From an uncultured virus (IMG/VR IMGVR_UViG_3300015306_000001) (Duplodnaviria > Heunggongvirae > Uroviricota > Caudoviricetes), in the IMG/VR virus record IMGVR_UViG_3300015306_000001: 64,000 nt of DNA. One strand, written 5' to 3'. This document shows, in pieces, positions 35,519 to 46,407 of the stretch. A program made the position numbers and the translations under genes. Numbering within the stretch: position 1 is the first letter of the stretch; each line of letters begins with the position of its first letter. Under the pieces are notes generated by a model. That model worked only from the letters and a program-made list of their open reading frames with translations. It was not told where the DNA came from and made no database searches.

Positions 35519-37771
35519 CTAAAAAACCGCTTGCGCTAGTTCCTCGGGAACCCTTAGCGCGGCGCGGATCGTATCTCCTCTTTTCTCCTCTGGCATTGCC
35601 ATAAGCTGCGAATACAACAGCGACGAAACCATAACGTTCTGCGTTTTTCGTCCGATGCTCATTCGGTTAGGCCATGACTTCATTCCAGCTTCAACCATTG
35701 CCTTTCTGATCTCATGGTCCTTTTCACGATCACGCACATGAACCACCGTCCGCAGCCATTGGTTCAATGCTGTTTGTGTGAACGACAACGCCAGCCCTTC
35801 AGTTTCGATAGCCTTCGCTAACCCAAAAGCCTCTTGGCACGTCTCGGAGCGTGATTCCTCGATCACGCGCTTTTTGGTTTTCGTGTCAGGCGCACGTTCT
35901 CCAGACTTGACGTAATCGCCATATTGCTCAGCCCAATGTTTGATGTGCGAAAGCCCGCCAGCCTTCAACCATGAATGGAAAGCATTGAAGTTGGCATCGC
36001 CCCAAATCTTCTCAGTGACCTCAGGCACAAGCCAACGCCGGTCGGCGTCTTCAATTCGAACAGCGACAGGACTATTTGAACAAGCAACGAAATGCGCATG
36101 ATTACGAAGCGTATAAGGAATCTTATACTTCTCGTTGCAGCGCAACACTTGGTCCGTGATAAGCTCTTTCAGACGATTTGCAGCCTTCCACGTCCCTGCT
36201 TGATAGATTTCGTTGCAAACAACCAACGTTTTTTCTGCAATCCAGTCGTTGAACTGAGAATTCACAAGGCCATCTTCGCCAACCGAAGAATAGTTCTTCT
36301 CGCCAACCAGCGGCCTCAATACGCTTTCACATAACGTTGTCTTTCCGGTTCCTGTTTGAACACTTGCTAAAAGCATAGCATACTTCATTCGGACATCAGG
36401 CCGCGCAATAATCGTCGCAACCCAACGCTCAACATACTTTCGGCTTTGCTCCTCTGGAAACAAATGCTCCAAGAACTTATGCCATTGCGTCAAATCTCCA
36501 GGCTCGGCCTTGATTTTCGACCCGGTATAAAGATTTAGCGCAGCATCGCCATCTTCATTGACCATCCGAGAATGCTCGTCTCGCGAAAACGACTTGACGT
36601 CAGGCCGATAGGTGATCTTGTCAATATTGATGCGTTGAGCCTTTAGAACAAGCGAAGCTGTATCCTTGACATCGGACCAACGACGCATGACGGCATTGAA
36701 CTTCGCTTCATCGTATCGTGTGCGTGGATCGTGCCTCCAGACAAAGAGCCCTGTCTGATTGACATAAAGCCATTGCCCTTTAAAACCGCTTCTGAGGATG
36801 GCAACTCTCTTCTTTGAGTCTGGTGCTTCTCCAGGGGGAATCACAAGCTCTGTGGCCCATGTTGCGGGAGTCAGAAGGTCATGAAAACTTGGTCCGGTAT
36901 AATAACCTTTGCCATCTCGCTTCTCAAACAGAGAATCAGGCATGGGGTCTGCCAAATCCCAAGACACGGGCCAACGATCATCGAATTGGAGCACGCGGCA
37001 AGGCAAATCCACCAACGAAGAAATGTCCTTGACGGCCGCATAGCCCACTTCGTCGTGATCTGGAACGATGATGACTTGTTTGATGCCATTCCGCTTCAAA
37101 GAGCGCCAGTCGGCTTTCTTTGCCGCAAAAGCGCCAGCCGTGAAGCCGATATGAACCGCATAGTCAAGTTCAGCCGCCCAAGGATGCGCAGAGTAAGCTG
37201 CACGGTCCTTAGCCGTCTTCTGCGATATCATTCGCTGCATGGCCCGCGCTGCTTTGCCGCCTTCCGAGATAATAGCGACATCGCTTGTTCCGATGTTCTC
37301 CATGCCCCAGAGCGGAATATGCGGAAGATCAGGCATCAGGCAACGCCACTTGCCGTCTTCATAGATCGTGTATGGGCGATAGGCCCGCTCTCCTTTGACC
37401 TCGGAGCGAACCTGATACATGATCAGCGTCCCGTCCGCATCCCGGTATTCGAAAACATCGTCAGGAGCCGCTTCTAGAACGGCTTTCGGCTTTGGATCAT
37501 CATCGCGCGCTTTGCGCCACACGGGCCATTCTGCGTCTAGAATCTCATTCTTAATCCGCTCCGCTTCCCGCTCAGAAGGCGCATATTCGTGTGGGTCAGC
37601 TTTGACTTCGCCCGTTCGCTTATCGAATTCAATTGTCGCAATTTCACGAAAGTATTTCCCAACACGTTCGCGAACATGAGCTTCCCGAACGTTGACGAAC
37701 TCAGCATCAATACGAGAAATATAAGCTTTTACAGAAGGAAGATCAGCAAGATATTCAATTTTAATTCCCAT
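35519..37771 (-). CDS. Primase-helicase (Toprim-like plus SF3/DUF5906 helicase)
   Basis: ISEGGKAA..VPDHDEVG..WDLAD Toprim motifs; QTGTGKTT Walker A, VCNE, CSN and DADRRW helicase motifs. Confidence 0.9.
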   Translation of the reverse strand: MGIKIEYLADLPSVKAYISRIDAEFVNVREAHVRERVGKYFREIATIEFDKRTGEVKADPHEYAPSEREAERIKNEILDAEWPVWRKARDDDPKPKAVLEAAPDDVFEYRDADGTLIMYQVRSEVKGERAYRPYTIYEDGKWRCLMPDLPHIPLWGMENIGTSDVAIISEGGKAARAMQRMISQKTAKDRAAYSAHPWAAELDYAVHIGFTAGAFAAKKADWRSLKRNGIKQVIIVPDHDEVGYAAVKDISSLVDLPCRVLQFDDRWPVSWDLADPMPDSLFEKRDGKGYYTGPSFHDLLTPATWATELVIPPGEAPDSKKRVAILRSGFKGQWLYVNQTGLFVWRHDPRTRYDEAKFNAVMRRWSDVKDTASLVLKAQRINIDKITYRPDVKSFSRDEHSRMVNEDGDAALNLYTGSKIKAEPGDLTQWHKFLEHLFPEEQSRKYVERWVATIIARPDVRMKYAMLLASVQTGTGKTTLCESVLRPLVGEKNYSSVGEDGLVNSQFNDWIAEKTLVVCNEIYQAGTWKAANRLKELITDQVLRCNEKYKIPYTLRNHAHFVACSNSPVAVRIEDADRRWLVPEVTEKIWGDANFNAFHSWLKAGGLSHIKHWAEQYGDYVKSGERAPDTKTKKRVIEESRSETCQEAFGLAKAIETEGLALSFTQTALNQWLRTVVHVRDREKDHEIRKAMVEAGMKSWPNRMSIGRKTQNVMVSSLLYSQLMAMPEEKRGDTIRAALRVPEELAQAVF

Positions 37772-39810
37772 TAGGCACCTTCTCCGCTCATGATTTCAAG
37801 CGGAAAATTGACTTTTACCGCGTGTAAAGGGGCTTCAACAACGACGCCACTTTCAGTCATAAAAATGGCCGCTGCGCTTTTTCCGTGAGTCACGCCGTCA
37901 TGTCCGATGAATGCGAGAATCGCTCCACTACTTTTTTCGCCTCGACCATTAGTCCAAGTTCCACAAATTGGCTTCATTAAATTCTCCTTTCCAAACTCCA
38001 ACCCATACACCATTAGCCGTCGATTGTCAACCAAAATTCGGCGCTTCAGGTTCTTCAGCCCATGCAATCGGTTCGATAAAAGGCCCTAGCCATCCGCCAC
38101 CTTTCAAACAAAAAGCTTCGTCAACATCATCCCAACGTGCTAGATATACGTCACGAGTAAACATATAGCTATTTTGGCCTGAGCTTCCGTATTCCCCTTC
38201 GGGTTGGCCATAAACCAATACGTTTCTATCTTTCGGCGGCTCTGTTCGTTTCCAATCAATCCTCATCCCAATTCTCCTTTTCATTCCACAAATAAACCAA
38301 GACCCACCAAACCGTGACGATCCAGGCCCCGCACATGCAACCGAACCAAAAGTAAACCCAAGGGCTCATGCCGCCACCCAATGCACAACAACGCCAAACC
38401 CCACCCACATAAGGAGGGACAAAGCCCCTCCAACGATCCAAGCCTTAGCGCTCATCACGAAACAACCCTGTAACGCATGATGTCGCCAAAATCGCCATCA
38501 TGCACCCAATTGCTCTTTTTGGGGTCTGCCGAATGCCAAGCTTCAGCAATAAGAGCATCGTTTGTCTGCTTGTCTCGAAACTCTACTTCAACCATCGTAT
38601 GGCCAGCGACAGGCATAAACTTCCCATCATGCTCAATCCACCCATCCCGATCTGGCACCCCTTCCGGCAAAAGTTTCTCGTCAATCTTCCGCTGGAAATT
38701 CTGAATATCTGTTATACAATGCAGGATCGCATGGGCAATAGCATTGGCTTCTTCAATTGAATGAGGACCATTTGTAATTCCTGTAATGCTAACTCCTCCA
38801 TCATCGGACGGAGAGATTCGAATGGTAGATGCCCAGATAGTATTCTTAATCTTATATTCCCGCTCAAGCGTGTAATCAGCCATTTTTACGTGCCTCCATC
38901 ATTGCATCCGCATACATATAGCGAAGCTTCGCAATTGCAGAAACACTAGCTCGCTTCAGAGCTTCTTCTTGCATTGAAAATTCCTGCCCAACAAAAGCAA
39001 ATAGCCCAGTGATACTATCAAATGTATAGCCCTTTGGGTCAAAAGACATAGCCAACTCGTCTCGAAACGTTTTCTCGGTCATACCCTACTCTCCTCTTCC
39101 ATCCAAGCCGCAAGCGCAGCCGACAAATCATATCCGAGCAACCACTCAGGAATATTTCCGACCTCGCGCGGAGCCCTCATCTGCGCATTGTCATCGAAAT
39201 AGGCGTCAGCGCCTTCGCTGAAAAAGTCACGCATTTTCGATCCTATAAGCTACGATGACATCATCTTCGCGGCAATCGGCAGAATTCCACCAACTAATCC
39301 CTTCATCAAAATAAATCGCTGTATTAGGCCCATCGATATAACCGTCACGGCACTTAACCGTCACACGGGTATCGCCATCCACGGGCATTCCAGAGCCGTC
39401 ATGCGCGATCCACCCTTCATCATCGGCAACTGGCTCGGGCTTACTCGGCTCAACGGATTGCTCTTCAAAAGCCCGAATCAAGTCCCCAAGGAAAAGCTGC
39501 GATTGCCGCACGGCATCTTCACCAGGAATGCCGACACCCAGCGTATTTGCTTTGTGCCCTGCCCCGGCATGATATCCTGTAATCCAGCACTGCACCTTGT
39601 TAAGCTCGTGCTTCAGCATTTCGGCTTTTGACTTATCGAAATCAACCATCAATCCCACTCCTCATAATCCGCCACCCGTTCGGCGTCCAGCATAATCGCA
39701 TACTTTTGTTCGCGCGTAAACGTGTTCCAAATGCGCTGTGTATTATTTCCGACATGATCGCGCCAATTATGGATACGCCCAGAGCCTTCCCAATCTGGAT
39801 ACTCAAGAAT
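37771..39810 (-). other. Run of small hypothetical genes (e.g. 38027-38284, 38455-38883, 38876-39082, 39227-39658)
   Basis: Tightly packed ORFs with RBSs; 38455 and 39227 share a GWIxHDG..MPV..RD..YR domain. Confidence 0.6.
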
Positions 39811-39821
39811 ATCAGTAGTCA

Positions 39822-40208
39822 TCACTCATCCTCCGTCCACACAACACGTGGAATGCCATATGCTTCTATCATACGTGAACACCCCTCGCAAGGGCAAGCG
39901 CGCCCTCGGACCCATTTACCATTGATAATTCTCATTCGTGCGACTATCAAGGTCGAATTGCGCAAGAAATCAACGCTACCCAACCGATTGATTGCATTGC
40001 GGGCAGCGACGTTCTCAGCATGTCCAAAAATTGCTTCTTCATTGGACCCAAAGCGCTTCTGAAACGGAGAAGACTTGCGGATATTCGTCCCCATTCCAAC
40101 GATCTGGCGCTTGTAAACGATCGCTGCCGCAATCCTTGCTGAACCCACTGGCACAACATCTTGCGCAAGAAGGCAAAGTTCGTGCAATATCTTGTCGTTC
40201 TTGCGCAA
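39822..40208 (-). CDS. Zinc-dependent nucleotide/nucleoside deaminase (CDA / dCMP deaminase fold)
   Basis: HAE and PCEGC motifs. Confidence 0.8.
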   Translation of the reverse strand: MRKNDKILHELCLLAQDVVPVGSARIAAAIVYKRQIVGMGTNIRKSSPFQKRFGSNEEAIFGHAENVAARNAINRLGSVDFLRNSTLIVARMRIINGKWVRGRACPCEGCSRMIEAYGIPRVVWTEDE

Positions 40209-40210
40209 TA

Positions 40211-40489
40211 CTAATTCCTAATTTCCTTTGATAAAAGTTTGCTTGGGTCGCGAAACGTAATCAACAACCACAAGCATTTTTCGTATCTTGGTTTAGCCTC
40301 ATCATAGTCTAGAAGCTCATCGTCAGGACGACCCGAGCGAATCTTCTTAACATTGTGCTTGTGGATTCGATTCAACCATTCTTCTTGCATATAAAAGCAT
40401 CGTGCATTGCAAAACAACACCCAAATCCAGAATGCAAAATAAATGATGACAAAAGTGTAAACGCTAAACAATTCACTCAAAATCCACAC
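40211..40489 (-). CDS. Membrane-anchored hypothetical protein
   Basis: N-terminal hydrophobic helix. Confidence 0.55.
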   Translation of the reverse strand: MWILSELFSVYTFVIIYFAFWIWVLFCNARCFYMQEEWLNRIHKHNVKKIRSGRPDDELLDYDEAKPRYEKCLWLLITFRDPSKLLSKEIRN

Positions 40490-40926
40490 TCCTTAATCCA
40501 CTGGTCGCGGTCGAAGTCCTTCCCAAGCTGCAACCAGAACTCAACAGAAGCATTCTGAGCCAAGATGCGCAGCCCATATGTGCTTTCACCGTCGAATTCG
40601 CATTCTTCTTTAGCTGAAGAAATAAATAGAGAAAGCGCTTCAGGTTTCATTTCTCAATCTCCCTTATCGCTGCCACGGCCAACCGCAGCCAATAGCGTTG
40701 CTCTTCGCGAATGTTGTAATCCGAAACGCTGCCGCCTGTCAAGGGCCATTCGTGAAAGCCAGCTTCGCAAATAGCCTTGGCAACTCGAATAACGCGCTCG
40801 TCTTCCTCCGCTTCACGCTCGCGCCTGAATTCAGCACGAAGCTCTTTTATTTCCGCTTCAATCTGCTCGCGCGCCTCCTTTATTCTCTGCCCTGCTGCCG
40901 CCTTCGCCGCTTGAAACCCTAAAGGC

Positions 40927-41343
40927 TCATGCATCCTGTCCCTCCTGTGCGATCTTGGCTCGGAGGAGGGCTGCGACCAATGCGCGGGCAGGGCCGCCAG
41001 GCACATATGACGCTTCCCCCACAATGGCTTTCTCGCGGACGTCATCAGCCACGCCTAGGATGCCGAATCCGACATTTGAAACTGATGCGTGCCACGATTT
41101 ACCGTGGACGGGCGGCTCCCCAGATACGCCCCAAGCCCATCCCGGCAACACCTTCTCAACGAGAGCCACGGCGGCGTCGATGGAGGAGGTGATTGCCTCA
41201 CCCAAACCAATGTATCGCTTCGGCCATTGGCGCAGATCGCTGCTCAGCAATGCGCGAAGAATGTCGCCTTCGAGCGCTAGGTCGCGCCCCTCTCCACCCT
41301 CCACGCGATCGAGGAGAGCCCGTAGGTGGTTAGCGGTGGTCAT
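40927..41343 (-). CDS. Hypothetical protein, phage ABA-sandwich-like, GC-rich
   Basis: TSSIDAAVALVEKVLPGW...ARALVAALLRA pattern; visibly higher GC than its flanks. Confidence 0.6.
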   Translation of the reverse strand: MTTANHLRALLDRVEGGEGRDLALEGDILRALLSSDLRQWPKRYIGLGEAITSSIDAAVALVEKVLPGWAWGVSGEPPVHGKSWHASVSNVGFGILGVADDVREKAIVGEASYVPGGPARALVAALLRAKIAQEGQDA

Positions 41344-41707
41344 CTTTTCCGTCTCCTAGGTTGATTGGCCCGTCATATTCAAATGCCTTCCGCCTTTGCT
41401 CTTCCGTCAAAGTTGACATGAATCCTGTCATAGGGCGCGATTGGCTCCCTGGCTCAGCGCCATTTGCGAACATCCAATCATGCCATGCCCATTGCTCGCA
41501 ACAAGGACAACCAGGGCTATATTCGGCGCAACGATAGCCCCATATCCTGCGGATATAGAGCCATGAGATGAAGCGGTCAATCATATAAACCTCTTTTGTT
41601 ATAATAAAGCAAAAGCACGGTATGAGCACATCGAATCAGGCGCGATCTTCTGTTGGCGATATGACTGCCTCTTAAAATGTTTGCGACTGTTGAATTCCTT
41701 ACGTCCA

Positions 41708-42118
41708 TCACTTACCTCCACTCAACAACTCGCCCGCATCGCCCCGAAAATCGATATCGGGAAGGATCGTCTGCGGCTTGAAGATAACGCGATAGTGATA
41801 AGCGCTTGCGTCTACCGGCTCTAGCTGTTCCGCAAAATACGTAACGTTGTCAGAAAGACCGAGGAAATGCTTTTTGTAGGTGCCAGGGCCGGTCTTGCAA
41901 ACAACCGTGACTTCGCGCGCCTTGTCGTTATTACCAAGCGAACAAAGACCCTGAATCTCTAGCATATAACTATCCGTAATGCCGTTATAGAAGACAACAC
42001 GGCGATTCACTTCGAACTGATCAGCGGCCTTTGACAGATTGTGCGAAACCGTATCGGCGTCAGTACAAGCGCTCAGGGCGAGTGTTGCAAGAACGGCGGC
42101 AATCGTGAGCTTCTTCAT
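41708..42118 (-). CDS. Phage lipoprotein
   Basis: MKK start, hydrophobic stretch and LSAC lipobox; NLSKAADQFEVNRRVVFYNGIT..YKKHFLGLSDNVTYF. Confidence 0.8.
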   Translation of the reverse strand: MKKLTIAAVLATLALSACTDADTVSHNLSKAADQFEVNRRVVFYNGITDSYMLEIQGLCSLGNNDKAREVTVVCKTGPGTYKKHFLGLSDNVTYFAEQLEPVDASAYHYRVIFKPQTILPDIDFRGDAGELLSGGK

Positions 42119-42119
42119 T

Positions 42120-42596
42120 TTAATTATTCCTTAGAATTGCCGAAATTGGCTTATCGGGTTGATCTTGATACTTATCGTTTTGTCCGTAAGGCTGTTCCGT
42201 AGGTTCATCTAGCGTTTCGAACACAACCTGAGCAATAGGTGTTCCTTTGCGTAGGAAAACTGGCCAAGGTCTATCATGCGTCAACTCTAGAGTCAAGAAC
42301 CCGCTCCATCCAGGCTCGATATTCGTTGTGCGGCTTGCATCGATAAAACGCCGAGCCAGAGTCGATTTATTCTCTAGTTTACCTCGAAGATCGTTCGGCA
42401 TTCGAATGTGCTCTAGGGCAACCGCGAGCCGTCCCCAAAGCGGAAAGAGCCAGACGCTTCGACCAAGCCTAATATCCACGCCGCAACAGCTTATGCCATA
42501 CGACATGCCATAAGCTTGCTGACGCTCTTCAAAAGGCGTGATGCTCAGCGAGCCGTCCGCGATGCGCTTGCGGATCGTTTGGGCGCTCAGAATCAC
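42120..42596 (-). CDS. dcd: dCTP deaminase
   Basis: ILS.QTI, KSTLAR, IEPGWSGFLTLE, PIAQVVF and KYQDQ motifs. Confidence 0.9.
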   Translation of the reverse strand: MILSAQTIRKRIADGSLSITPFEERQQAYGMSYGISCCGVDIRLGRSVWLFPLWGRLAVALEHIRMPNDLRGKLENKSTLARRFIDASRTTNIEPGWSGFLTLELTHDRPWPVFLRKGTPIAQVVFETLDEPTEQPYGQNDKYQDQPDKPISAILRNN

Positions 42597-42839
42597 CGCT
42601 TTACCTCCACAATCCAAAACACATACATAAGCGCCAATCCGCCCACAACAACCGCGTCAACCACTAATCATTCTCCCGTTTCTTGATTCTGAACGGCCCT
42701 GGCCCAAGCGGCGGAATCGCCGGCAATGTCACGTAGCGCTCCTCTGGAACGCCACGGATGTCGAAGTGCGTATAATAATAGCGAACCGTTTCGCCCGACG
42801 CTGGCTCGAAATACATTTTGTATTCTTCTTCTGTGATTG

Positions 42840-43229
42840 TCATGCGCCTGTGTCTTCGTCTGCGTAGATAACTGTCGCTCCATTTCCGAAACGAGGTGGT
42901 TTTCCTGCCTCATGAACTATGCGGTTTTTGCTGTAGAACTCAGCAATTTTCTTATCTGCGTCTTTATCATCACCCGCAACAACGAGAACCGGGCCGTGAA
43001 GGCGATAAGTTACGATCTCGTCATAACAAACAATAATTTTTCCGTTTATATCGAGCGCAACAAGATCAACATATTGACGTTCTTCATCGATAACAAGAAT
43101 CTTGTTGGGATCAAGCTCCGCTGAAAAACCGAAGAAAACTCTCAAATCTTTTTCGGAATCTGAACCTGTCGGAAGATTGCTCCAAGCAAAGAAGCCGCCG
43201 TCTTTAGGATCGGGTGAATAGCGAGCCAT
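42840..43229 (-). CDS. Hypothetical protein
   Basis: Likely start MARYSPDP after AGGAGG. Confidence 0.55.
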   Translation of the reverse strand: MARYSPDPKDGGFFAWSNLPTGSDSEKDLRVFFGFSAELDPNKILVIDEERQYVDLVALDINGKIIVCYDEIVTYRLHGPVLVVAGDDKDADKKIAEFYSKNRIVHEAGKPPRFGNGATVIYADEDTGA

Positions 43230-43230
43230 T

Positions 43231-43701
43231 TTAATTTCCTCCTGCTTCAACGTATTCCAATTGAACTTCTTCCGAATAGTAACCGTTAGAAGAGCCATAC
43301 CAACGGATATCTACATAGCCCTTGATCGTGGCGAACTTATAAAACGTCCATGTATATGATTCGTCTTTAGAGGTATAAACGATTTCATCACCTACTTTGT
43401 GTTTGTAGATTTCTCCTTCGTAAGGGTCGCTATCCTCATCACCGCTATTCGTCACTTCCTCCGCCTTGAGCAAGGGCGTGCCTTCCAAGTCGCTCAACTC
43501 TCCTTCAATATCTTCGATCGCGACGATTTCGCAGCAATCCTGCGAATGATAAAAGCGATAGAACGACCCATCGGCAAGCGTAAAACGAATCTCTTCTTCT
43601 TGGTCACTGCCGCGATATCGCGCTTCCGAAGGTCGGCGTTCAACCTTTACAAACGTTTTCCCAACCATGTCTTCAATAGCTGGATAACGAAGATTAGCCA
43701 T
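43231..43701 (-). CDS. Conserved phage hypothetical protein
   Basis: YHSQDCCE..IEDIEG and TWTFYKFATIKGYVDIRWYGSSNGYYSE; promoter TTGACT upstream near 43774. Confidence 0.75.
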   Translation of the reverse strand: MANLRYPAIEDMVGKTFVKVERRPSEARYRGSDQEEEIRFTLADGSFYRFYHSQDCCEIVAIEDIEGELSDLEGTPLLKAEEVTNSGDEDSDPYEGEIYKHKVGDEIVYTSKDESYTWTFYKFATIKGYVDIRWYGSSNGYYSEEVQLEYVEAGGN

Positions 43702-43778
43702 TTCATATCTCCTTAAACAAAAACCCGCAGCAAATGCCACGGGTTCTATAAATCACAGCTTTATGGGAAAGTCAAGCG

Positions 43779-44030
43779 TTAATTTTCGGAGAATTCATTT
43801 AGTAGCTCTCGGTATCCACCAACAAGCTTTTCCTTGCCCCATGCATCGCGCTCGAAAATTCTTGGCAATGTTCGATTCGGCGCTTCGAAACCTCGCTCAT
43901 CGAGCCAAATGCGGCGATCCTGAGCGTCTTCGATGAAAATAGCTTCGTAAGGTTCTTCAATATCTTCTAAGAACTGCTTTGCTTTCGTGCAATATGGACA
44001 ATCAGAAAAACCGTAAACGATGTAGGTCAT
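43779..44030 (-). CDS. Glutaredoxin
   Basis: CPYC active site, TLPRIF and VGGY; coupled to the RNR gene. Confidence 0.9.
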   Translation of the reverse strand: MTYIVYGFSDCPYCTKAKQFLEDIEEPYEAIFIEDAQDRRIWLDERGFEAPNRTLPRIFERDAWGKEKLVGGYRELLNEFSEN

Positions 44031-46105
44031 GCGCAGTTCGAGACTCCTGTTGTCGGGTCAGTATTACACGCCAAAGCTCCGAGCGTGTCGATATCAACGT
44101 AATCTTTTACTTTTAGTTCCGACCAGTCGATTGGCGTATACGTTCCCTGGATCGCATTCCACTTACCCAAGATACGGCAGTCTTTCTGAAGAAGCGTCAG
44201 TTCATGCCATGGCTTTTCGAGCACAGCCGCGCTGTAATTCGCTTCTTCCATGGCATAATCAAACTCATCCCATGTCAAATCATGCTTTTCAACGATCTCA
44301 GCCGCTAGAAGAACCTCAGTAAAAGGAGCCTGCGCATAATCACGATCGCCACTATATGCCAGGAACGAAATACCAGCAAAGGTAAAGCGGTTGTCGTAGA
44401 CATAACGGGCAACTTCATCCCAATTGTCCACAGTGATTGTATTACTGACATTGTGTGAAAGTGACTTGTCAACGCATAGGTCTTCGTTCTTGCCGCCTTC
44501 GATCCAGTTCTCCTGAATCATCTTGACGATTTCAAGCTGCCGAACACCCATGATATCCTGACGGAACTTGGACGACTTAGGAGGCGTGATCGGATAAGAG
44601 ATCACAACATCGGTTTCGTTCTGCGACCATACAGAACGCTCAACCATTGCCGGATTGGCTTCCTGAATAAGCTGCGGAACCTCGTTCAAGGCGTTGTATT
44701 GGACGTTGCGAAGATAGCGCTTGGCGTGCTCCCCTTGCGTCGAAGAAGCGGTCTGAAGAAGCACAGAGGCATTGCCGGATGGTTTGACAACCGTGCAACG
44801 CGCAGCGGGATTGATACCGATCAGGGCAGCTACTTCACGGTTCGTTTCCTTGACGATTTCAGCGCCGCGCCGCAAGGTTTCAGCATCAAGCAGAACGTCG
44901 GGTGAATTCATGAAGCCTGTGATCGAAACCCCAAGAAGGGCTTCCCGCTCGAAGATTTCTTCCGACGCCTCGCCCAAGTAATCGAACTTCGTATAACCGG
45001 CTTGCAAAGTTCCCATAATCGCAGCGGAGCGGCAAGCTTCAAAGAATCGCTCTTCAGTTGTGCAATATGCACCTGAAATCTCGCAAAGGTTGCATCCCTG
45101 CCAACCAGAAAGTCCGCTTTCCGTCTTTCCCTTCATGCCCACTTCAACGCAAGGGTTGAAAAGGTGATCGAGGTCGTCAAGGAATACGAAGCCCGGTTCC
45201 CCGAACTGTTCGACGCTCCGCATAATCTCGGAAAACTCATCCCAAGTCGTTTCGGAGCGTAGTAGTGCAACCGAATTATTGGAACGCCCTCGTTGTGGGT
45301 TTTCCACAAACCAATTGCCGGTCTTGGCCTTCAGCATCCGTTTCGAAGTCTTAGAGAAGATGCAGATAGTTGCCGCACGCCGCACGCCGCCAGAAAGCAC
45401 CGCATCGGACTCGTGCATAACGCAATCATAAACTTCGATGTCTTCTAGTCGCCGTCCAATAGCCGCGTTCAAGATAGGGCGAATCTTGTTGATCGCCTTG
45501 CGGAGAGGGGCAGGGCCAGGAGCCTTGAAGCCTCCAGAGATAAAAGCGCCTTTGGGTCGAATCAAATCGTAATTGAACTTGATTGGACGCCCACCTTCAA
45601 AGTAGCTATCGAAAAGCGCCTGCGCAGCATCAGCCCAGCCTTCAATGCTATCCTGAATAATGTGAACCCGAATCTTACCAGTTGGCTCCTTGATGGTCGG
45701 AAGCTTCGCGATGTGCTGTTCCTGAACACTGAAACCCGTGCCGCAGCCGCAAAGCAGAAGCCAAAAGACTTCGCCAAAAAAGCGAGGCCGATCCGCATAA
45801 GAAGCCGTGCAGTTATAAATACGAGCGTTCTTGCGAAGAATTTCGTCGCCACCGAACTGAAGCGCCCGCTGCGACCCGAGAAACGCCTTTCGCTTGTAGC
45901 TATCCGATGTTTCTTCTAGTAGAGCTTCTAGCTCTGGACTCATCTTTTCCGCATACTTCGTGCGGTGCATGTCCATAACACGATCAACGGCTTCATCCCA
46001 CGTTTCGTAGGTGCCAGTCTTGGGATTGATGCGGGCATAGGATTCAAGAAACTTCGATTCGGAAAGGAGGGTGCGGGTATCAAATTCAGTGACGGATTGA
46101 AGCAT
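44027..46105 (-). CDS. nrdJ: Ribonucleotide reductase, class II (monomeric RTPR type)
   Basis: YNC, GTGFSV, NPCVE, CNLCEI and TVVKPSGN motifs; C-terminal Cys pair; no beta subunit nearby. Confidence 0.85.
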   Translation of the reverse strand: MLQSVTEFDTRTLLSESKFLESYARINPKTGTYETWDEAVDRVMDMHRTKYAEKMSPELEALLEETSDSYKRKAFLGSQRALQFGGDEILRKNARIYNCTASYADRPRFFGEVFWLLLCGCGTGFSVQEQHIAKLPTIKEPTGKIRVHIIQDSIEGWADAAQALFDSYFEGGRPIKFNYDLIRPKGAFISGGFKAPGPAPLRKAINKIRPILNAAIGRRLEDIEVYDCVMHESDAVLSGGVRRAATICIFSKTSKRMLKAKTGNWFVENPQRGRSNNSVALLRSETTWDEFSEIMRSVEQFGEPGFVFLDDLDHLFNPCVEVGMKGKTESGLSGWQGCNLCEISGAYCTTEERFFEACRSAAIMGTLQAGYTKFDYLGEASEEIFEREALLGVSITGFMNSPDVLLDAETLRRGAEIVKETNREVAALIGINPAARCTVVKPSGNASVLLQTASSTQGEHAKRYLRNVQYNALNEVPQLIQEANPAMVERSVWSQNETDVVISYPITPPKSSKFRQDIMGVRQLEIVKMIQENWIEGGKNEDLCVDKSLSHNVSNTITVDNWDEVARYVYDNRFTFAGISFLAYSGDRDYAQAPFTEVLLAAEIVEKHDLTWDEFDYAMEEANYSAAVLEKPWHELTLLQKDCRILGKWNAIQGTYTPIDWSELKVKDYVDIDTLGALACNTDPTTGVSNCA

Positions 46106-46212
46106 AGAAGCGGACCTTATAGGGACAAAAATAGCGCCCACAAGGAGCGCTTGAATTAGTGCCATTTACGAATGGCGAAAGAGTGGAAGTATAGATCATT
46201 TGAGCGGGAAAG

Positions 46213-46407
46213 TCAATCCGTTTCCGCTGCTTCCTTTGTCACGATTTGTTTCGCCTTTTGCCGCGTCCTCTTATTGAACCGGCGCTTTGTCTTCGCCACT
46301 ACACCAGCACGCGAAAGACGCACAGAAATACGCCTCCAATGTGTGAACACATCTAGTTCATCACCAGAAATGATAGGGTTGATTCGGTCTCGTCCTTTCT
46401 CAGCCAA
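46213..46407 (-). CDS. Small basic hypothetical protein
   Basis: ...DVFTHWRR..KRRFNKRTRQ, overlapping the thyX stop. Confidence 0.5.
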   Translation of the reverse strand: MAEKGRDRINPIISGDELDVFTHWRRISVRLSRAGVVAKTKRRFNKRTRQKAKQIVTKEAAETD

